DNA of 64,000 bases from Eledone cirrhosa (lineage: Eukaryota). The stretch is taken from contig OZ024742.1 of assembly GCA_964016885.1 (NCBI GenBank), positions 102,052,001 through 102,116,000 of the forward strand. The letters are read 5' to 3'. Below are positions 12,310 through 31,081 of the stretch, piece after piece. Below the pieces are notes generated by a model. It was given only the letters and a program-made list of their open reading frames with translations, was not told where the DNA came from and did not search any database. The translations under genes were made by a program, and so were the position numbers. Positions within the stretch are counted from its first letter, which is position 1; each line of letters begins with the position of its first letter.

Positions 12310-12677
12310 TATTAGAGCATTGGGCTTGCAATCGAAAGGTTTTGAGTTCAATTCTCAGACCGGGTGATGTGTTGTTTCCTTGAGCAAGACACTTTATTTC
12401 ACATTGCTCCAGTTTACTGGAGAAATGAGATGATAGGACTGGGGTCCCTATCATTCCACTGTAAAGTGGTCGTGGAGGTGCCACGGCAAAAAAGCACCCA
12501 ACCCACACTGTAAAGTGGTCGTGTAGGCGCCACGGAAAAAAAGCACCCAGCACTTACTGTAAATGAGGTTGGTGTTAGGAAGGGCATCCAGCTGTAGAAA
12601 TCAAGCCAGAATCAGTTCCCGTCCCACCCTTGCAAGCAGGGAAAAGCGGACGTAAAATGATGATGATGATGATGATG
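12310..12677 (+). mobile_element. Second SINE family (tRNA head, RTE-like tail ending in (ATG)n)
   Basis: B-box-like gagttcaattc, ccttgagcaagacact core, ttaggaagggcatccagctgtagaaa tail, then (atg)n. A similar tail is at 1-42 and a related head at ~43920-44045(-). Confidence 0.65.
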
Positions 12678-12724
12678 AATATATATATATATGTATATAT
12701 AATATATATATATATATATATCTG

Positions 12725-12757
<33 letters not shown>

Positions 12758-12854
12758 GATTTTGAGTTTATGTTGGTTGTATGCCAACACCTCAGTATGC
12801 AGGCTGGAGCACTCGACGAAGTGCGCAAGTTGGTTTGGTTACTCCGGAGTAGTG

Positions 12855-13555
<701 letters not shown>

Positions 13556-13585
13556 AAAGAATAGAGGTGTAACACACGAGTTATG

Positions 13586-13983
13586 ATATATTGGTAAAAG
13601 GAAAAGAAAACGCTGACAAATTGTTCCCAGTGAAAAATAGTTTAATTAGGAATAAGTAAAAATTAGTAATAGTATTGGTTAGTATTCAGTTTTGGTTTTA
13701 AGTTTTACCGGTTGCGCATTTCTAATGCTTTTCAAAAATAATTTTCAGATAAATTTTGAGATAGAGCGCCCGTGATGTTTGCTCTAATCAGATTAGAGCA
13801 AACATCACGGGCGCTCTATCTGAAAATTATTTTTGAAAAGCATTAGAAATGCGCAACCGGTAAAACTTAAAACCAAAACTGAATACTAACCAATACTATT
13901 ACTAATTTTTACTTATTCCTAATTAAACTATTTTTCACTGGGAACAATTTGTCAGCATTTTCTTTTCCTTTTACCAATATATA
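13586..13983. mobile_element. Fold-back insertion, ~195-bp arms, with degenerate U3-A8 HHR (13830-13865 and mirror 13703-13738)
   Basis: Palindrome centred on 13790; uuu-UUGAAAA-gcauu aga aaugc-GCAA-ccgg-UA^aaa. Confidence 0.7.
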
Positions 13984-13990
13984 TATATAT

Positions 13991-14456
13991 CAGGGGCGGT
14001 GATACTGGTGGTGGTGGTGATGGTGGGGGGTGGGGGATGGGACAGCCCACTCCCCAATAATAATATTTTTCTCCCCAAACTACAAAAAAACACATCTATT
14101 TGTATATGCGCTGCATGTTATGTTTATCATATATCGAAGTTTATTTCATATCCTGGTTGATATTTGATAATAACACTCATAATAATCTTCATAATAAATA
14201 TTTTTGTCATATAACTTTTTCTCCACATATCACTATTTGCCAATTGCTAGTATGTGTATTCAGAAACAGATTTTATAGGTCGTTTTGCTATAATCATTTT
14301 ATAATTATTGAAAGCTATAAATGTAATATGACCTGCTTGGACTCAAATTGCATTTTCTGATCATTTTAGAGTGCAAAGAGCTAAACTAATCTCTACAACT
14401 AAATTGACCAAATTTGTCCCTCCCCCTTCAATTTAGAAATACTTCCACCGCCCCTG
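13991..14456. mobile_element. hAT-like MITE
   Basis: TIRs caggggcggt / accgcccctg, inside (TA)n. Confidence 0.7.
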
Positions 14457-14502
14457 TATATATATATATTGGAAAATGTGTGAGATCCTTGCTACAGTTA
14501 GG

Positions 14503-14664
14503 TATATTTGAAAAAAAGGAAAAGAATGACTTCACTTGTAGTGTTAAATAATTTGATTTAATTTCATAATATTATGAGTTGGTAGTTCATAATATTATAA
14601 TATCATAAAATTAAACCAAATTATTTAACACTACAAGTGAAGTCATTCTTTTCCTTTTTTTCAA

Positions 14665-14669
<5 letters not shown>
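14503..14669. repeat. Short fold-back element (~65-bp arms) ending at TA
   Basis: tatatttgaaaaaaaggaaaagaatgacttcacttgtagtg... and its reverse complement. Confidence 0.85.
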
Positions 14670-14703
<34 letters not shown>

Positions 14704-15145
14704 GTCGGGTCGTCGGCGATTAAACCGACCTCACCAAACTTGCTTGGTGAGGAGGGTGATATTTGGACAACTTGCGGGATGAAATACAAGACTCGGCAAA
14801 GGCTGGAGGAACTCAGCAGAGCCAACGGCCATCCAAATAGTACTTTTTTCCCCCACCTGGGAGTGAAAGGCCACCAGTTGTTATCACAACACCTTTCTAA
14901 GAGGGAAACTCTGGAAAAAAAAACCTGCGTCTTCAGAAACATCCGATGATGTTGACCAATTCTCCTTCTCAGGTAGTATTTTCGATGCTCAGAGAGTGAG
15001 ATTGGTCGAGTGCAAGGCCTTTCCCCACTTAAAAAAACCCTTCAAAGCACAGGCATTGCTTGTTCGGGATCTGTTACAGGTTCGTAGCCTAAAAGAACAT
15101 TCTTTTATGGAACATGTATTTGATATGGCTCTTTCTTTCTCTCTG

Positions 15146-15232
<87 letters not shown>

Positions 15233-15260
15233 CATACATACATATACGTATATATATATA

Positions 15261-15292
<32 letters not shown>

Positions 15293-15464
15293 CGTATATA
15301 TATATATATATACATACATACATATACGTGTATATATCTATATACATCTTTCTCTCTCTCCCTCTCTCTTTCAATATATATATATATATATGTAGGAGGT
15401 GAGTTTTATTGTAGCACAATAAAGCAATGCAAATATCTTTTTTAAGCTTCATATCATGTCTCCC

Positions 15465-15535
15465 TATTTTATCTGATGAGAACGCAAATATCATCCCATG
15501 ATGATATTTGTTTTTGAAATGCGCATAATAAAATA
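15465..15535 (+). ncRNA. Minimal hammerhead ribozyme in a ~170-bp element between (TA)n tracts
   Basis: uauuuuau-CUGAUGA-gaac gcaaauaucauc ccau gaugauauuugu uuuu-GAAA-ugcgca-UA^auaaaaua; perfect 8-bp stem I. Confidence 0.85.
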
Positions 15536-15591
15536 CATGGAACTCTTTTAACCATCTTTTGATCTTATATTATATATATACATATACGTGA

Positions 15592-15651
<60 letters not shown>

Positions 15652-18102
15652 ATGTGTGTGTATTCGTGAGTGAATAACAATAATATTATTAATATTCGGT
15701 TTGTTAACAACACCGTGGTAGATGACAATGTCCAGCGGTAGCTGAGAGAAAACAATAGACAATTATTTCAAAGTGTTTTGCTCCCCATCGAGATTGTGTA
15801 TTCTTATTACTGTTACCCACTGGAACTGCTGAATACATAGTATTTTCAGATATGTACAGCGGCTGTTTAGCCTCATTTGCATACCGAGCGATTTTACGGC
15901 TGGCTTCGCCGAAAATTAAAAATAATATTTGTATTCATGAGTTAATGTATTCAATGTATTCATGAGTTAATAATAATTGTTTATACTTTTAGCACACGGC
16001 CAGCAATTACCCTAGTGCGTTACTGGTACCTTATTTTATCGACCCCATAAGGATGAAAGGCAAAGTTAACCTCGGCGGGATTTGAACTCAGAGCGTAAAT
16101 ATCACAATACTATTAATATTCGGTTTGTTTGCAGTAAACAGCCTCATAAACACCACGTGAGGGTGACCACATTTGGAGAGGTCTGACTGCTATATATATA
16201 TTGATTTCGGGTGGTAGACGAAATCCGTGAGGGTGGGCCTTTGGAAAGGTCTGAAAGCTGTATTATTTCTTATCTGGGGAGGTAGACAAATTTCGTGATG
16301 GTGACCACAGTTGGAGAGGTCTGAATGCTATATTTGAATGCTATATATCTGGGGTGGAAGACGAAATCTGTCTATCCATTAGTTTAACATAGCAAACAAT
16401 AGCCAAGATCATGTAACCACTTCCTGTGTTACGTCGTAGCATTGAAGTGGGAGAGGAGGCGAGTGGGAAGTAAAAAGGGTCCACGCATGCGTAATGACGT
16501 AATTTCAAATGGCCAAATGAGGAATTTACAAAATTGACGTTTACAGGACACCTTATATCAACAGTAAATAATAAGGTACTTTTTTTCACAAAAGCCGACG
16601 GATATTGAAAGAAACGCGTGGATTTTTGGCGTCTTTAATAAAGTCCATTCCTTTTATAGGGAGAAGATTTTTAACTGAGTATAACATCTTGGTTCATGGC
16701 CAAGTGCGCTGGAGTCTTTGAGAATTGTCAAAACACAATAGTAATTTTTTCTATTATTACACCTCCCCTAAAGTATAATAGCGTGTTTGTTGATAGAATA
16801 TTGAGGATAAAATTTAGGGTTTTTCCTATAAATTTTGATGCTTTTTGGACGAATTTAGTCTTCAAAACTCTCGCGTTTCCCCTTCTCCAAAAATAATCCT
16901 TGGCACGATTTTTATGTTGCCATCTATTATAAGCCCTATCCTGAAAATAAGCCCTAGTGCAGTTTGCGAGGTAAATTAATATAAAAACTAATATAAAATG
17001 CAGACTTGTTTACTTATTCTAAACTAGACACACGCAAGGACATGGTGTATCTATTTTAAACTAGCTGCACACAGGAATATGATGTACTTATTTTAAACTA
17101 GATACATGCAGGGTGCAGGGGTATGGTGTATCTGTTCTAAATTATGTACCTATTGTAAACCAGACATACACAAGGATATATATATCACTCCCCCTCTCTT
17201 TCTCTCCTTCTCTAGAAGAAATTGGCTGTGTTCAGATCTAGAGAGGGATGGACTTCAGGTTTTAAATGCCCAAGAAAGGTCGCGTGTCACTATGGTGTCT
17301 TTACGATTCCACCAGGAGTCACGATCCCATACTTACATATATTTAAATATTTTATTGCAATTTTAGGGTTACATGTAAATTTTGCACACTTTTCAAATTG
17401 AGTTACCTTTGTTAACATTTCGCTTTGTCAAATATAATTGTTTCTACTTTTGGCACAAGGCCAGCAATTATCCCAGTGCATTACTGGTACTTTATTTTAT
17501 CGATCTCATAAGGATGAAAGGCAAAGTTAACCTCGGCGGCATTTGAACTCAGACCGTAAAGGGGCGTAACTATGCTGCAAAGCATGGCGTCCGACCCTCT
17601 ACCGATACTGCCTGACGTTTTTGTTGTCATTTAAACTCGTGTCAAACGAACTCGTGTTTGTTTTTAATGGCTACTAATTAAGGTAAAACTGGAATGGGTG
17701 CATCCCACCTAATGAAGGAGCGACTGTGAGGTGGTGCGGTTGATGCAACGAGTGTCGCTTGCTGTTCTCCGCGGCAAGGCCTTCCTTTGTCGTTTTGTCC
17801 TCGAGGTGCAGGTGAGATACACCACTATCTAACCTTTTTCTTTTTCCTTTTCTCTTTTTTATTGCAAGCATTATATATAACATATAACCCAGTTTCACGC
17901 GCTTCCTTGTGCATGTTTAGATGATATACATTCCTTCTGATGAATATCTACTTGAGGTATTTATCAAATTTTCAATTTACATTTGGTATGTTTATATGTC
18001 TGGATTCTATAAAAGTGGACATTTTTGTACTTCATGCAGTCTCGATCGCCTCTATTTACCTCTAGATTTAACTTTATCATATAGATATAGATATATAAAT
18101 AA

Positions 18103-18191
<89 letters not shown>

Positions 18192-18299
18192 CGTGCGTGC
18201 GTGTGTGCGTATATATATATATATATATATATATGAAGTGAGAGAGAGAAAGAGAGATGAGAGAGAGAAAAGGGAGAGAAAGAGAGTGGGGAGAGAGGA

Positions 18300-20395
18300 T
18301 AACATTATTCGGGGGACAGTGGTCTGGCTGGATCAATCCCTCATACCCTTACAAACAGCTCTAGATCATTACCATATCTCTCACCCTGTCAAGGGGATTA
18401 TCCCCAGCTACTTTGGAGGTTTCCAGTTACGATTCAAAACAGCCCATTTTACAACTCAAAGGCAGGAGCTGGAAAAGGGAATTGTAACTGGCTGCACAAT
18501 CTCTCCCATTTTCCTCTTTATGGGAATGAACCTCCTTATAGCGGCTGCAGAGAAAGAATCTCAAGGACCAAGTATGTTATTGGGAGTTCACCAACACCTA
18601 CTGAGGGGTTTCATGGATGATCTCACTGTGACAACCACAACCCAGGAAGAGGTGAGACGGGTGTTATCAGTGCTTGAATATGTGGCAACATGGGCAAGGA
18701 TGAGGTTCAAACCAATGAAATCCAGAAGCATCATGATCAGGAGAGGTGGCAAAGTGTAAAAGGACGATGATGTTTAAAGACTAACATGACGCACAAGTCA
18801 GAGATGTAGGTCAGGACACAAGTCAGAGATGTAGGTCAGGGCACAAGTCAGATGTAGGCCAGGACACAAGTCAGAGATGTAGGTCAGGACACAAGTCAGA
18901 GATGTAGGTCAGGACACAAGTCAGAGATGTAGGTCAGGGCACAAGTCAGATGTAGGCCAGGACACAAGTCAGAGATGTAGGTCAGGACACAAGTCAGAGA
19001 TGTAGGTCAGGGCACAAGTCAGATGTAGGCCAGGACACAAGTCAGAGATGTAGGTCAGGACACAAGTCAGAGATGTAGGTCAGGACACAAGTCAGAGATG
19101 TAGGTCAGGACACAAGTCAGAGATGTAGGTCAGGACACAAGTCAGAGATGTAGGTCAGGACACAAGTCAGAGATGTAGGCCAGGACACAAGTCAGATGTA
19201 GGCCAGGACACAAGTCAGAGATGTAGGTCAGGGCACAAGTCAGAGATGTAGGCCAGGACACAAGTCAGATGTAGGCCAGGACACAAGTCAGAGATGTAGG
19301 TCAGGACACAAGTCAGAGATGTAGGCCAGGACACAAGTCAGATGTAGGTCAGGGCACAAGTCAGAGATGTAGGTCAGGACACAAGTCAGAGATGTAGGCC
19401 AGGACACAAGTCAGATGTAGGTCAGGGCACAAGTCAGAGATGTAGGCCAGGACACAAGTCAGAGATGTAGGCCAGGACACAAGTCAGATGTAGGTCAGGG
19501 CACAAGTCAGAGATGTAGGTCAGGACACAAGTCAGAGATGTAGGCCAGGACACAAGTCAGAGATGTAAGTCAGGACACAAGTCAGAGATGTAGGTCAGGA
19601 CACAAGTCAGAGATGTAAGTCAGGACACAAGTCAGAGATGTAGGTCAGGACACAAGTCAGAGATGTAAGTCAGGACACAAGTCAGAGATGTAGGTCAGGA
19701 CACAAGTCAGAGATGTAGGTCAGGACACAAATGGGCAGCTAACGTTTCCTTCACATAAGCAGAAAATATGCTGAAGCTACGGGACATCATCGGAATAACA
19801 TGGACGGAAAGAGATCTTGGAACCTCCTATTTCCAACTATGGGGAAAAGTGGACAAAAAGGAGAGGAGAGCGTGATACAAGAAGACGTGTGACACCAAGA
19901 GGAGGAAGGGTGAAAATTGGGGGCTGTGGAACTAGCATCCCAGGGAGCCTGGACTGAATGGAACCTTTCCGAATTTCCTTCCTGTTGCAATCAGTTTATT
20001 ATACGCTACCGACCGCAGGTGGGGCATGAGGAAGGTTGAATCATGAAGGCTCTTTGGAAAAAGATGCACTATGGCACATATTTTATCAGGGTGTAAAACA
20101 GCTCTTGCCAAGGGAGATATAGATGGCACTACATTAAGATGCTCATGGCTCCTGGCAACACTTTGGACCAAGAGAGACACAGGGAACACCAAACATAGAG
20201 GAAACTGACACCATCAACCAGGTTTGTGAAAGAGGAAGAGAAGCCATCCACCACAGTTAGAACATATGGTCTACTATAGATAACACAATTATGGGATATG
20301 AGGGTTGATCTTGGAAGTAGATTGCAGTTCCCCCGGGTTGTTCAAACATCTATGAGGCCAGACGTAGTACTGAAAGAATAAAAAGATGACTCTTA
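18300..20395 (+). mobile_element. Degenerate RLE-type LINE (Hero/NeSL-like)
   Basis: RT motifs GIVTGCTISP, GFMDDLT, RMRFKP. Downstream AHILSGCKTAL..GRYRW and VDLG..LQFP...RPDVV (restriction-like endonuclease). Confidence 0.8.
18789..19730 (+). repeat. 25/23-bp minisatellite (gacacaagtcagagatgtaggtcag) inside the LINE
   Basis: Visible tandem repeat with no unique spacers. Confidence 0.95.
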
Positions 20396-20405
20396 TATAT
20401 ATACT

Positions 20406-21920
<1,515 letters not shown>

Positions 21921-21998
21921 CCAAACTCGTCCCATGGACTGAGTGCTCTACCACTACGGACAGTACCTTTCAGTGTTCTACCTTTACATATATTAGGG

Positions 21999-22363
21999 TA
22001 GGGTGGCCCTTATTTTACAACTTTCTAACAGTTTAGCCCCCCCCCCCCCCCTATCTTGTTTCAATTAACAAAAAAAAAAACAATCTATGCAAAATTTTAG
22101 CTCAACTGGACAACTGCAAGGCGACCCTCATCGACCGTGAAATTTCGAAGTTTTTTTTATCTCTTATATCATTTTCTCTTAAATTAAAAACTTGTTCAGA
22201 CTTATTCTTGGTGCTAGAAGGATAAGTGACAATAAATATAATGGGGAAGGCAACTTGCAAAGCTGGGAACAGAGCGCAGGTATAGGACAAATACTTATTT
22301 TTCGCTGTGGGAGCAGCAACATTTCAACTTTCGGAAAATTACCTATTGCCAAGGGCCACCCTA
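21999..22363. mobile_element. hATm-like MITE related to 3887-5403
   Basis: Termini tagggtggccctt / aagggccacccta and shared subterminal sequence. Confidence 0.7.
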
Positions 22364-23628
22364 ATATACATATATCCGTATGTGGTTGACAGCTGAGAGA
22401 AATGAGTACTCAGTATTGAATAATTTCGAGTGATCAGCGGCCTTTAGACTCACTTGATCAATGTAATAATTGTTAATACTGTAAATAAAACCCTTTTTGT
22501 ACAGCCGACCATGTTATTCTCCACTCATTCACTATTATTATTCCAATAATAACCTACATGGAAACTCTCGTAAACTCGCTGCCTAACTAGGAAACTTCTT
22601 GTTGAGTCAAACAACGCCGTACGTTAAAACTATCCATAGTACAGAGTATTCACAACCTCTAACTGGATTACCTAAAACGATAACTTGTTATCCCATATAT
22701 ATATGTGTGTGTGCGTGCGCGTGTGTATATGCTTTGTGGATTGTGTGCAGCGCCAAAGCTGGGAGAAGGGGCATTGGCTAGCACTGCCCTACGCCTTCGA
22801 TTTTCAATAGTGCACCGTAAGATTTAGAAAACACGTACGGTGGTATTCTTATTTCGAAACTCCACCATAGAATTATAGCGAATTAGAGTGTCCACCTAGA
22901 ATGTCCTGAATGTCACTATGACGTCACTACCATACCATCAGGGACCATACATATAGGTGTGGACGGTTGTGATAAAGACAATGATTTAATGGGAGTTGAG
23001 AAAATAGAGAGTAGAGCCACTGGCCACAGTTACTGGAAATAAAAGGGCCTTTATTTTTTTTATTCCTATATATTTATTCCTTTACTCTTTTACCTGTTTC
23101 AGCCATCCGGCTGAGGCCATGCTGGGGCACCATATATATTTTGTAATTTTTTTTTGAGGATCTTGATGGCATTGTGGTTGCTTAGATTGGCAAAATCAGT
23201 AGAGCGTCGGTACTTACGATATTTTTTGTTCTGAGTTCAAATCTCGACGAGGTCAATTTCGCCTTTTATCCTTCCAGTGTCGATAAAATAAAGTACCAGT
23301 AAAATATTGTCGTTGATTTAATTGACTTTCACCCTCTCCAAATTGTTAGCCTTTTGTCAATGTTAGAAAGAATTGTCGTTGCCATGGTCAATGATGTTGT
23401 TATTGTTATGGTCACCTCTTATTGCCTTTCAATTAGCCTATGCTGACACACCGACTGAAATATCAATCTAAGCCTTTTGTCAAGTCTCAGCTTTCAACTG
23501 TAATGCTTCACTAATCGTGAAATTACCTGTCCGCCATTGTGTATGTATGCGTGTGTTAGTGTATAAATGCGCACGTGCGTGTATGTGTTCGTGTGTATGT
23601 GGGCATGAGTGAGCATGTGTATACACAC

Positions 23629-23659
<31 letters not shown>

Positions 23660-24579
23660 TTTGTGTGTGTGTATGCTGTGAGTATGGTTGGAGAATTATT
23701 TATATGTGCGTTATCTATCTATCTTTTCTCTCCCTGATCTATTTCTTTGTCTCTTCACACACACACACACACACACATACACACACACACACACACACTA
23801 ACACACACACACACACACTAACACACACACACACACACACATATGGAGGGACATCCCGAGGTCCCATTGTGTCTCCCACAGTCATACATGAAAGCCCTTT
23901 CTGTCACTTCCTATCACACAATTCTATGAGATGATACCATCGTTTACACGTCCCGAACCTTACCATGGCAGGCGTCATTCACATGCAGCCTAAATACCTA
24001 ACTTCAAATAAACGCTGTGTCTATAAATAGAACCACCGAAAACTTCTTCTTTACTTTCTCTCTATTAACCTCGCCCTGTCTCTGGAAGAAATCGGTCGTG
24101 TTTAGACCTGGTAAGGGATAGGCTCCGCCAGGTTTAAAATGGCCAAGAAAGTCGTATGTCATTATGATGTACCTACGACTCCACAAAGAGTTTCGGGTTT
24201 ATACACACATATACAGTAGTCTCCCGATATTCGCGGGGATTACGTTCCTAGAACACCCGCGAAGAGTAACCTCCCCCCCCCCCCCCCACGAATATTGGAC
24301 GTAATCTATAAAAATGCCTATAAACGTCAAAATATAACGTAAAATATAATATGCGAAGGACCGTCCAATAGGCCGGCAAAGACGGTATATTGTTATTCCC
24401 CGCCGAGGATAACTTTGCCTTTCATCCTTACGGGGTAGATAAAATAAAGTACCAGTAATGCACTGGAGTAGTTTCTTGCCTTGTGCCAAAAGTAGAAATA
24501 ATTAATAATTTAGCGTTAAAAATATATATATGGATCAATGGAGAGGAGTGTCTGACAATAGTGTATATATAAGAATACT

Positions 24580-26035
24580 GCGTGTATCTAGTTTAAAATA
24601 GATATCTCTGTGTGTGTCTGGTTTAGAATAGATACACCATATCCCTGTGTGTACCTGGTTTAGAATAGGTACACCACATCCCCATGTGTACCTAGTTTAG
24701 AATAGGTACACCACATCCCCATGTGTACCTAGTTTAGAATAGGTACACCATATCCCTGTGTGCGTCAGGTTTAGAATAGGTACACCATATCCCTGTGTGT
24801 GTCAGGTTTAGAATAGGTACACCATATCCCTGTGTGTGTCTGGTTTAGAATAGGTACACCATATCCCTGTGTGTACCTAGTTTAGAATAGGTACACCATA
24901 TCCCTGTGTGCCTAGTTTAGAATAGGTACACCACATCTCCATGTATACCTAGTTTAGAATAGGTACACCATATTCCTGTGTGTGTGTCTGGTTTATAATA
25001 GGTACACCATATCCCTGTGTGTACCTAGTTTAGAATAGGTACACCATATCCCTGTGTGTGTCTGGTTTAGAATAGGTACACTATATCCCTGTGTGTACCT
25101 GGTTTATAATAGGTACACCATATCCCTGTGTGTGTCTGGTTTAGAATAGGTACACCATATCCCTGTGTGTGCCTGGTTTAGAATAGGTACACCATATCCC
25201 TGTGTGTGTCTGGTTTAGAATAGGTACACCATATCCCTGTGTGTACCTGGTTTATAATAGGTACACCATATCCCTGTGTGTACCTAGTTTAGAATAGGTA
25301 CACCATATCCCTGTGTGTACCTGGTTTATAATAGGTATACCATATCCCTGTGTGTACCTAGTTTAGAATAGGTACACCATATCCCTGTGTGTGTCTGGTT
25401 TATAATAGGTACACCACATCTCTGTGTGTGTGTCTGGTTTAGAATAGGTACACCATATCTCTGTGTGTGTGTCTGGTTTAGAATAGGTACACCATATCCC
25501 TGTGTGTGCCTAGTTTAGAATAGGTACACCATATCCCTGTGTGTGTCTGGTTTAGAATAGGTACACCACATCTCTGTGTGTACCTGGTTTAGAATAGGTA
25601 CACCACATTTCTGTGTGTACCTGGTTTAGAATAGGTACACCATATCCCTGTGTGTACCTAGTTTAGAATAGGTACACCATATCCCTGTGTGTGTCTGGTT
25701 TAGAATAGGTACACCATATCCCTGTGTGTGCCTAGTTTAGAATAGGTACACCATATCCCTGTGTGTGTCTGGTTTAGAATAGGTACACCATATCCCTGTG
25801 TGTACCTAGTTTAGAATAGGTATACCATATTCCTGTGTTTACCTAGTTTAGAATAGGTATACCATATCCCTGTGTGTACCTAGTTTAGAATAGGTACACC
25901 ATATCCCTGTGTGTACCTACTTTAGAATAGCTACACCATATCCCTGTGTGTACCTAGTTTAGAATAGGTACCCCATATCCCTGTGTGTACCTACTTTAGA
26001 ATAGGTACACCATATCCCTGTGTGTATCTTGTTTA
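24580..26035 (+). repeat. 37-bp minisatellite (ctagtttagaataggtacaccatatccctgtgtgtac)
   Basis: About 39 tandem units; diverged inverted relatives at ~17015-17180. Confidence 0.95.
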
Positions 26036-26728
26036 TACTAGATACTATATATACCTGTGAGTTTAAAATGGATATACAATATCCTTGCGTATATTAGTAT
26101 AGTTACACTGTATACCTGTGTTATACAGTTAAGAATAGGAACACCGTATCCCTGTGTGTCGTAAGAGGCAACTAAAAGGGTTTTGAAATCTTCTTCAAAC
26201 TCAGCAAATAATCGGTACACATAAATAAAAAAAAAAAGAAATTAAAAAAAAGTCACGTTTCTTGTAGCACACCATGTTTACATAAGAACGATACATGACT
26301 CGCAGTTTAATAATAAAAGAATATAAAATGAAAAAAAGTTAGATAAATGCGGACAATTCAAAAAATGCTTTAACAAATGTTATTTTGTTTAGGCAGGCTC
26401 GTCGCCAATCTTTTGTGCTCGGGTAGGATAGGTGTTTGGGCTCAGATTTTTCAAGAAACAAAGTTCAGGGCATTTTTATAAACAAAAAAATATTTACTAA
26501 ATTTGAGTATATATAAAAGTATGAGGGTAGTGTCACTCAGTGCCCCCCTCCTCTCCTGGCGATGAGCCCATGTTGACGATTTCGAGGGTCGTTCACCTCA
26601 TTAGTCGCCACAAATGTTTGGTTTAATAATCTTTAATAATCTTTCATGGTGGCCTTACCAGAAGTGAATCTCCCTTAAACTCGACCTCTTTTTCAATACC
26701 AGAAGGTACTTTTCCCTTATATTGTGTG

Positions 26729-26770
<42 letters not shown>

Positions 26771-27713
26771 AAACAAAGAGGGTGTGGTAAGGAACCAGGT
26801 AGACCATAACGCACCAGAGTACTCAATACTTAGGGTAGTAGAGTAGGTAATAGGAAAAGAGTCAGGACCCCGAAAGCTGAGCTCCGGTCGTAGCTGTTGA
26901 AACGGTTGAAATGGCCTCAAGTAGACCCATGCCATGTGAGTGAAATTACGTTGGCGGAAACTGTTTGGAAGCCGCCCGTAAGATAGATTGTACCTGTAAT
27001 TTAATGTGTCATGCTGAGCCTCTTTGAGAATTACACGTGTCTGTGGAATGCTCAAACACTTGTACGTTAATTTCATGAATATACAGACCCATCGTTTGAA
27101 CCACTGGAACAATTATCGTCGAAACAGACGGAGATTCCTTTCGTATTATGTATGTATGTGTATATATATGTATGTGTGTGTATGTGTCAGTGTGTGTGTA
27201 TGTTTTTATCTATCTATTTATCTCTTTACCTGAGTAAATATGATTTATATACCCAGCGTTGATCGAACAACTTCAACAATCTTCGTCGGAACCGACGGAA
27301 TATCGATCCCCTATACGCACATAAGTTTCGATTCTCTATCAATCTATTTCTTCACCTGAGTAAATGTGTTTGAGATCTCCAGCCTATCACGTCTGTCCAT
27401 GTGTGCGTACGTGAGTAATACCATGTAACTATTGCCACTATCTCATTCAACACCACTGATAAAACATCCTTGAAACTGTCTTGACATTATTATACTTCAA
27501 GTTATGTCAAAACATCAACATGAATAGCAATGAAAATATGTCCTTGCTCTTCCTATTGCTCTGATAGTAATGTTACTTAGACCCAGCCCAGTTCTACCTT
27601 GATCAATTTGATCTGTGATCACAGGTGTTCCAATCAGAACTCAGCAGTCTTTTTCAGTTCGCTTCCTCCGGGCCCCCACAAAAAATACATATTGCTCTTA
27701 ATATATATATATA

Positions 27714-29954
<2,241 letters not shown>

Positions 29955-29960
29955 TATATA

Positions 29961-31081
29961 TCTATATATTAATTTCAACAATGTCAGTATTCCGTGTGTC
30001 ATAATTCTCGATTATCATTGGTTCATAGGTTTCAAACGACTCCGCCCACCTCAACGACGCCAAACTTAAATTGATACGCATAATGCCAATGAGGGAGTGA
30101 GAGGGGAGAGTAAGAAACAGAGAGACAAAGTGAACGCTGTAACTATTACCATGTGTGCGTGTGTATGTACGTGCGCGTATGTTTATGTGTGTGTGCGTGC
30201 GTGCAGCGTTCCACAAAGTAAAAAATATCAACATGTGTGAGTGTGTAAGTGTGTGTAAGTGCACGGGTGCGTGTGTAAGTTTGCGTGCGTGTGCGCGTTT
30301 CCATGCGTGTATGTGTGTGTACGTGGGGCGTCCCACAATCGCCACGCATTATATCTGTTTGTGTGTCTGTCTGTCAGTCTAACATACACAAAGTTGTGAA
30401 GGGAGTAAATAGAGAACTTTTTTACATTTTTTACTCTTTTATATTTATTATTGTCATTTTTTGACAATTGCTCGAAATGAATACTGATAATAAAAGCAAT
30501 CCGACTTTATCAAACAGTGAACTACAGCGGCGACGGCGTGCAGCCAGGAATGAAAAAAAACGGGCCGAACAGCGCCATCGGAACGCCGAACTTCAGAGGC
30601 GAAGACGTGCCGCCATGAATGAAGAGGAGCTGGCTGAACAACGCCAACGAAACACTAGAGCCAAGCAGCGACGGCGTGCTGCCATGGTTGAAGACGAACT
30701 GGCTGAGCATCATCTTTTATATTAATTATCTATCTACATATAATATAAAAGATTGGAACTTCCATCATCCTTTTGAGAAACGTGGAACAACCACGTCTAT
30801 GCAATGATACACGTTTTACAGTCAGGCAGAAGATGAACCATATCCTAGAGGTCACAATTCTAGGTGAGAGCACCTAGAATTGTTCATATACTATGCACAA
30901 ACGGTACAACGGAGAATCTGGTATATCTGGAAGATTTTTTTTAAACTGTTTTTTGTATCACACATACACCATGGACTCGCCTCATACTGTAACCAGACAA
31001 ACATCCAATACAGTCATTTTCTCTTTTACCTGTCTTCTCTTATCATCTGTTTACCAGGGCGAAGCTGGGTACGTCACCTAG
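29961..31081 (+). mobile_element. Non-autonomous Helitron
   Basis: 5' A|TCTATATATT; 3' hairpin + CTAG|T; 3' end homologous to 12195-12280; internal Arg/Glu-repeat ORF 30468-30725 resembling a RepHel N-terminus. Confidence 0.7.

Noticed and set aside
17936-17975. CTGATGA hits at 17937, 44213(-), 63279 and CTGAGGA at 29199(-)
   Set aside because: No convincing GAAA-stem III-UH with a pairing stem I.
18789-19730. CRISPR-like regular repeats (also 24580-26035, 56328-56597)
   Set aside because: Contiguous tandem units with no unique spacers, no cas genes, eukaryotic context.
30468-30725. Arg/Glu-rich ORF as a host gene
   Set aside because: Lies between Helitron termini, resembles RepHel N-terminal repeats, and has no splice support.
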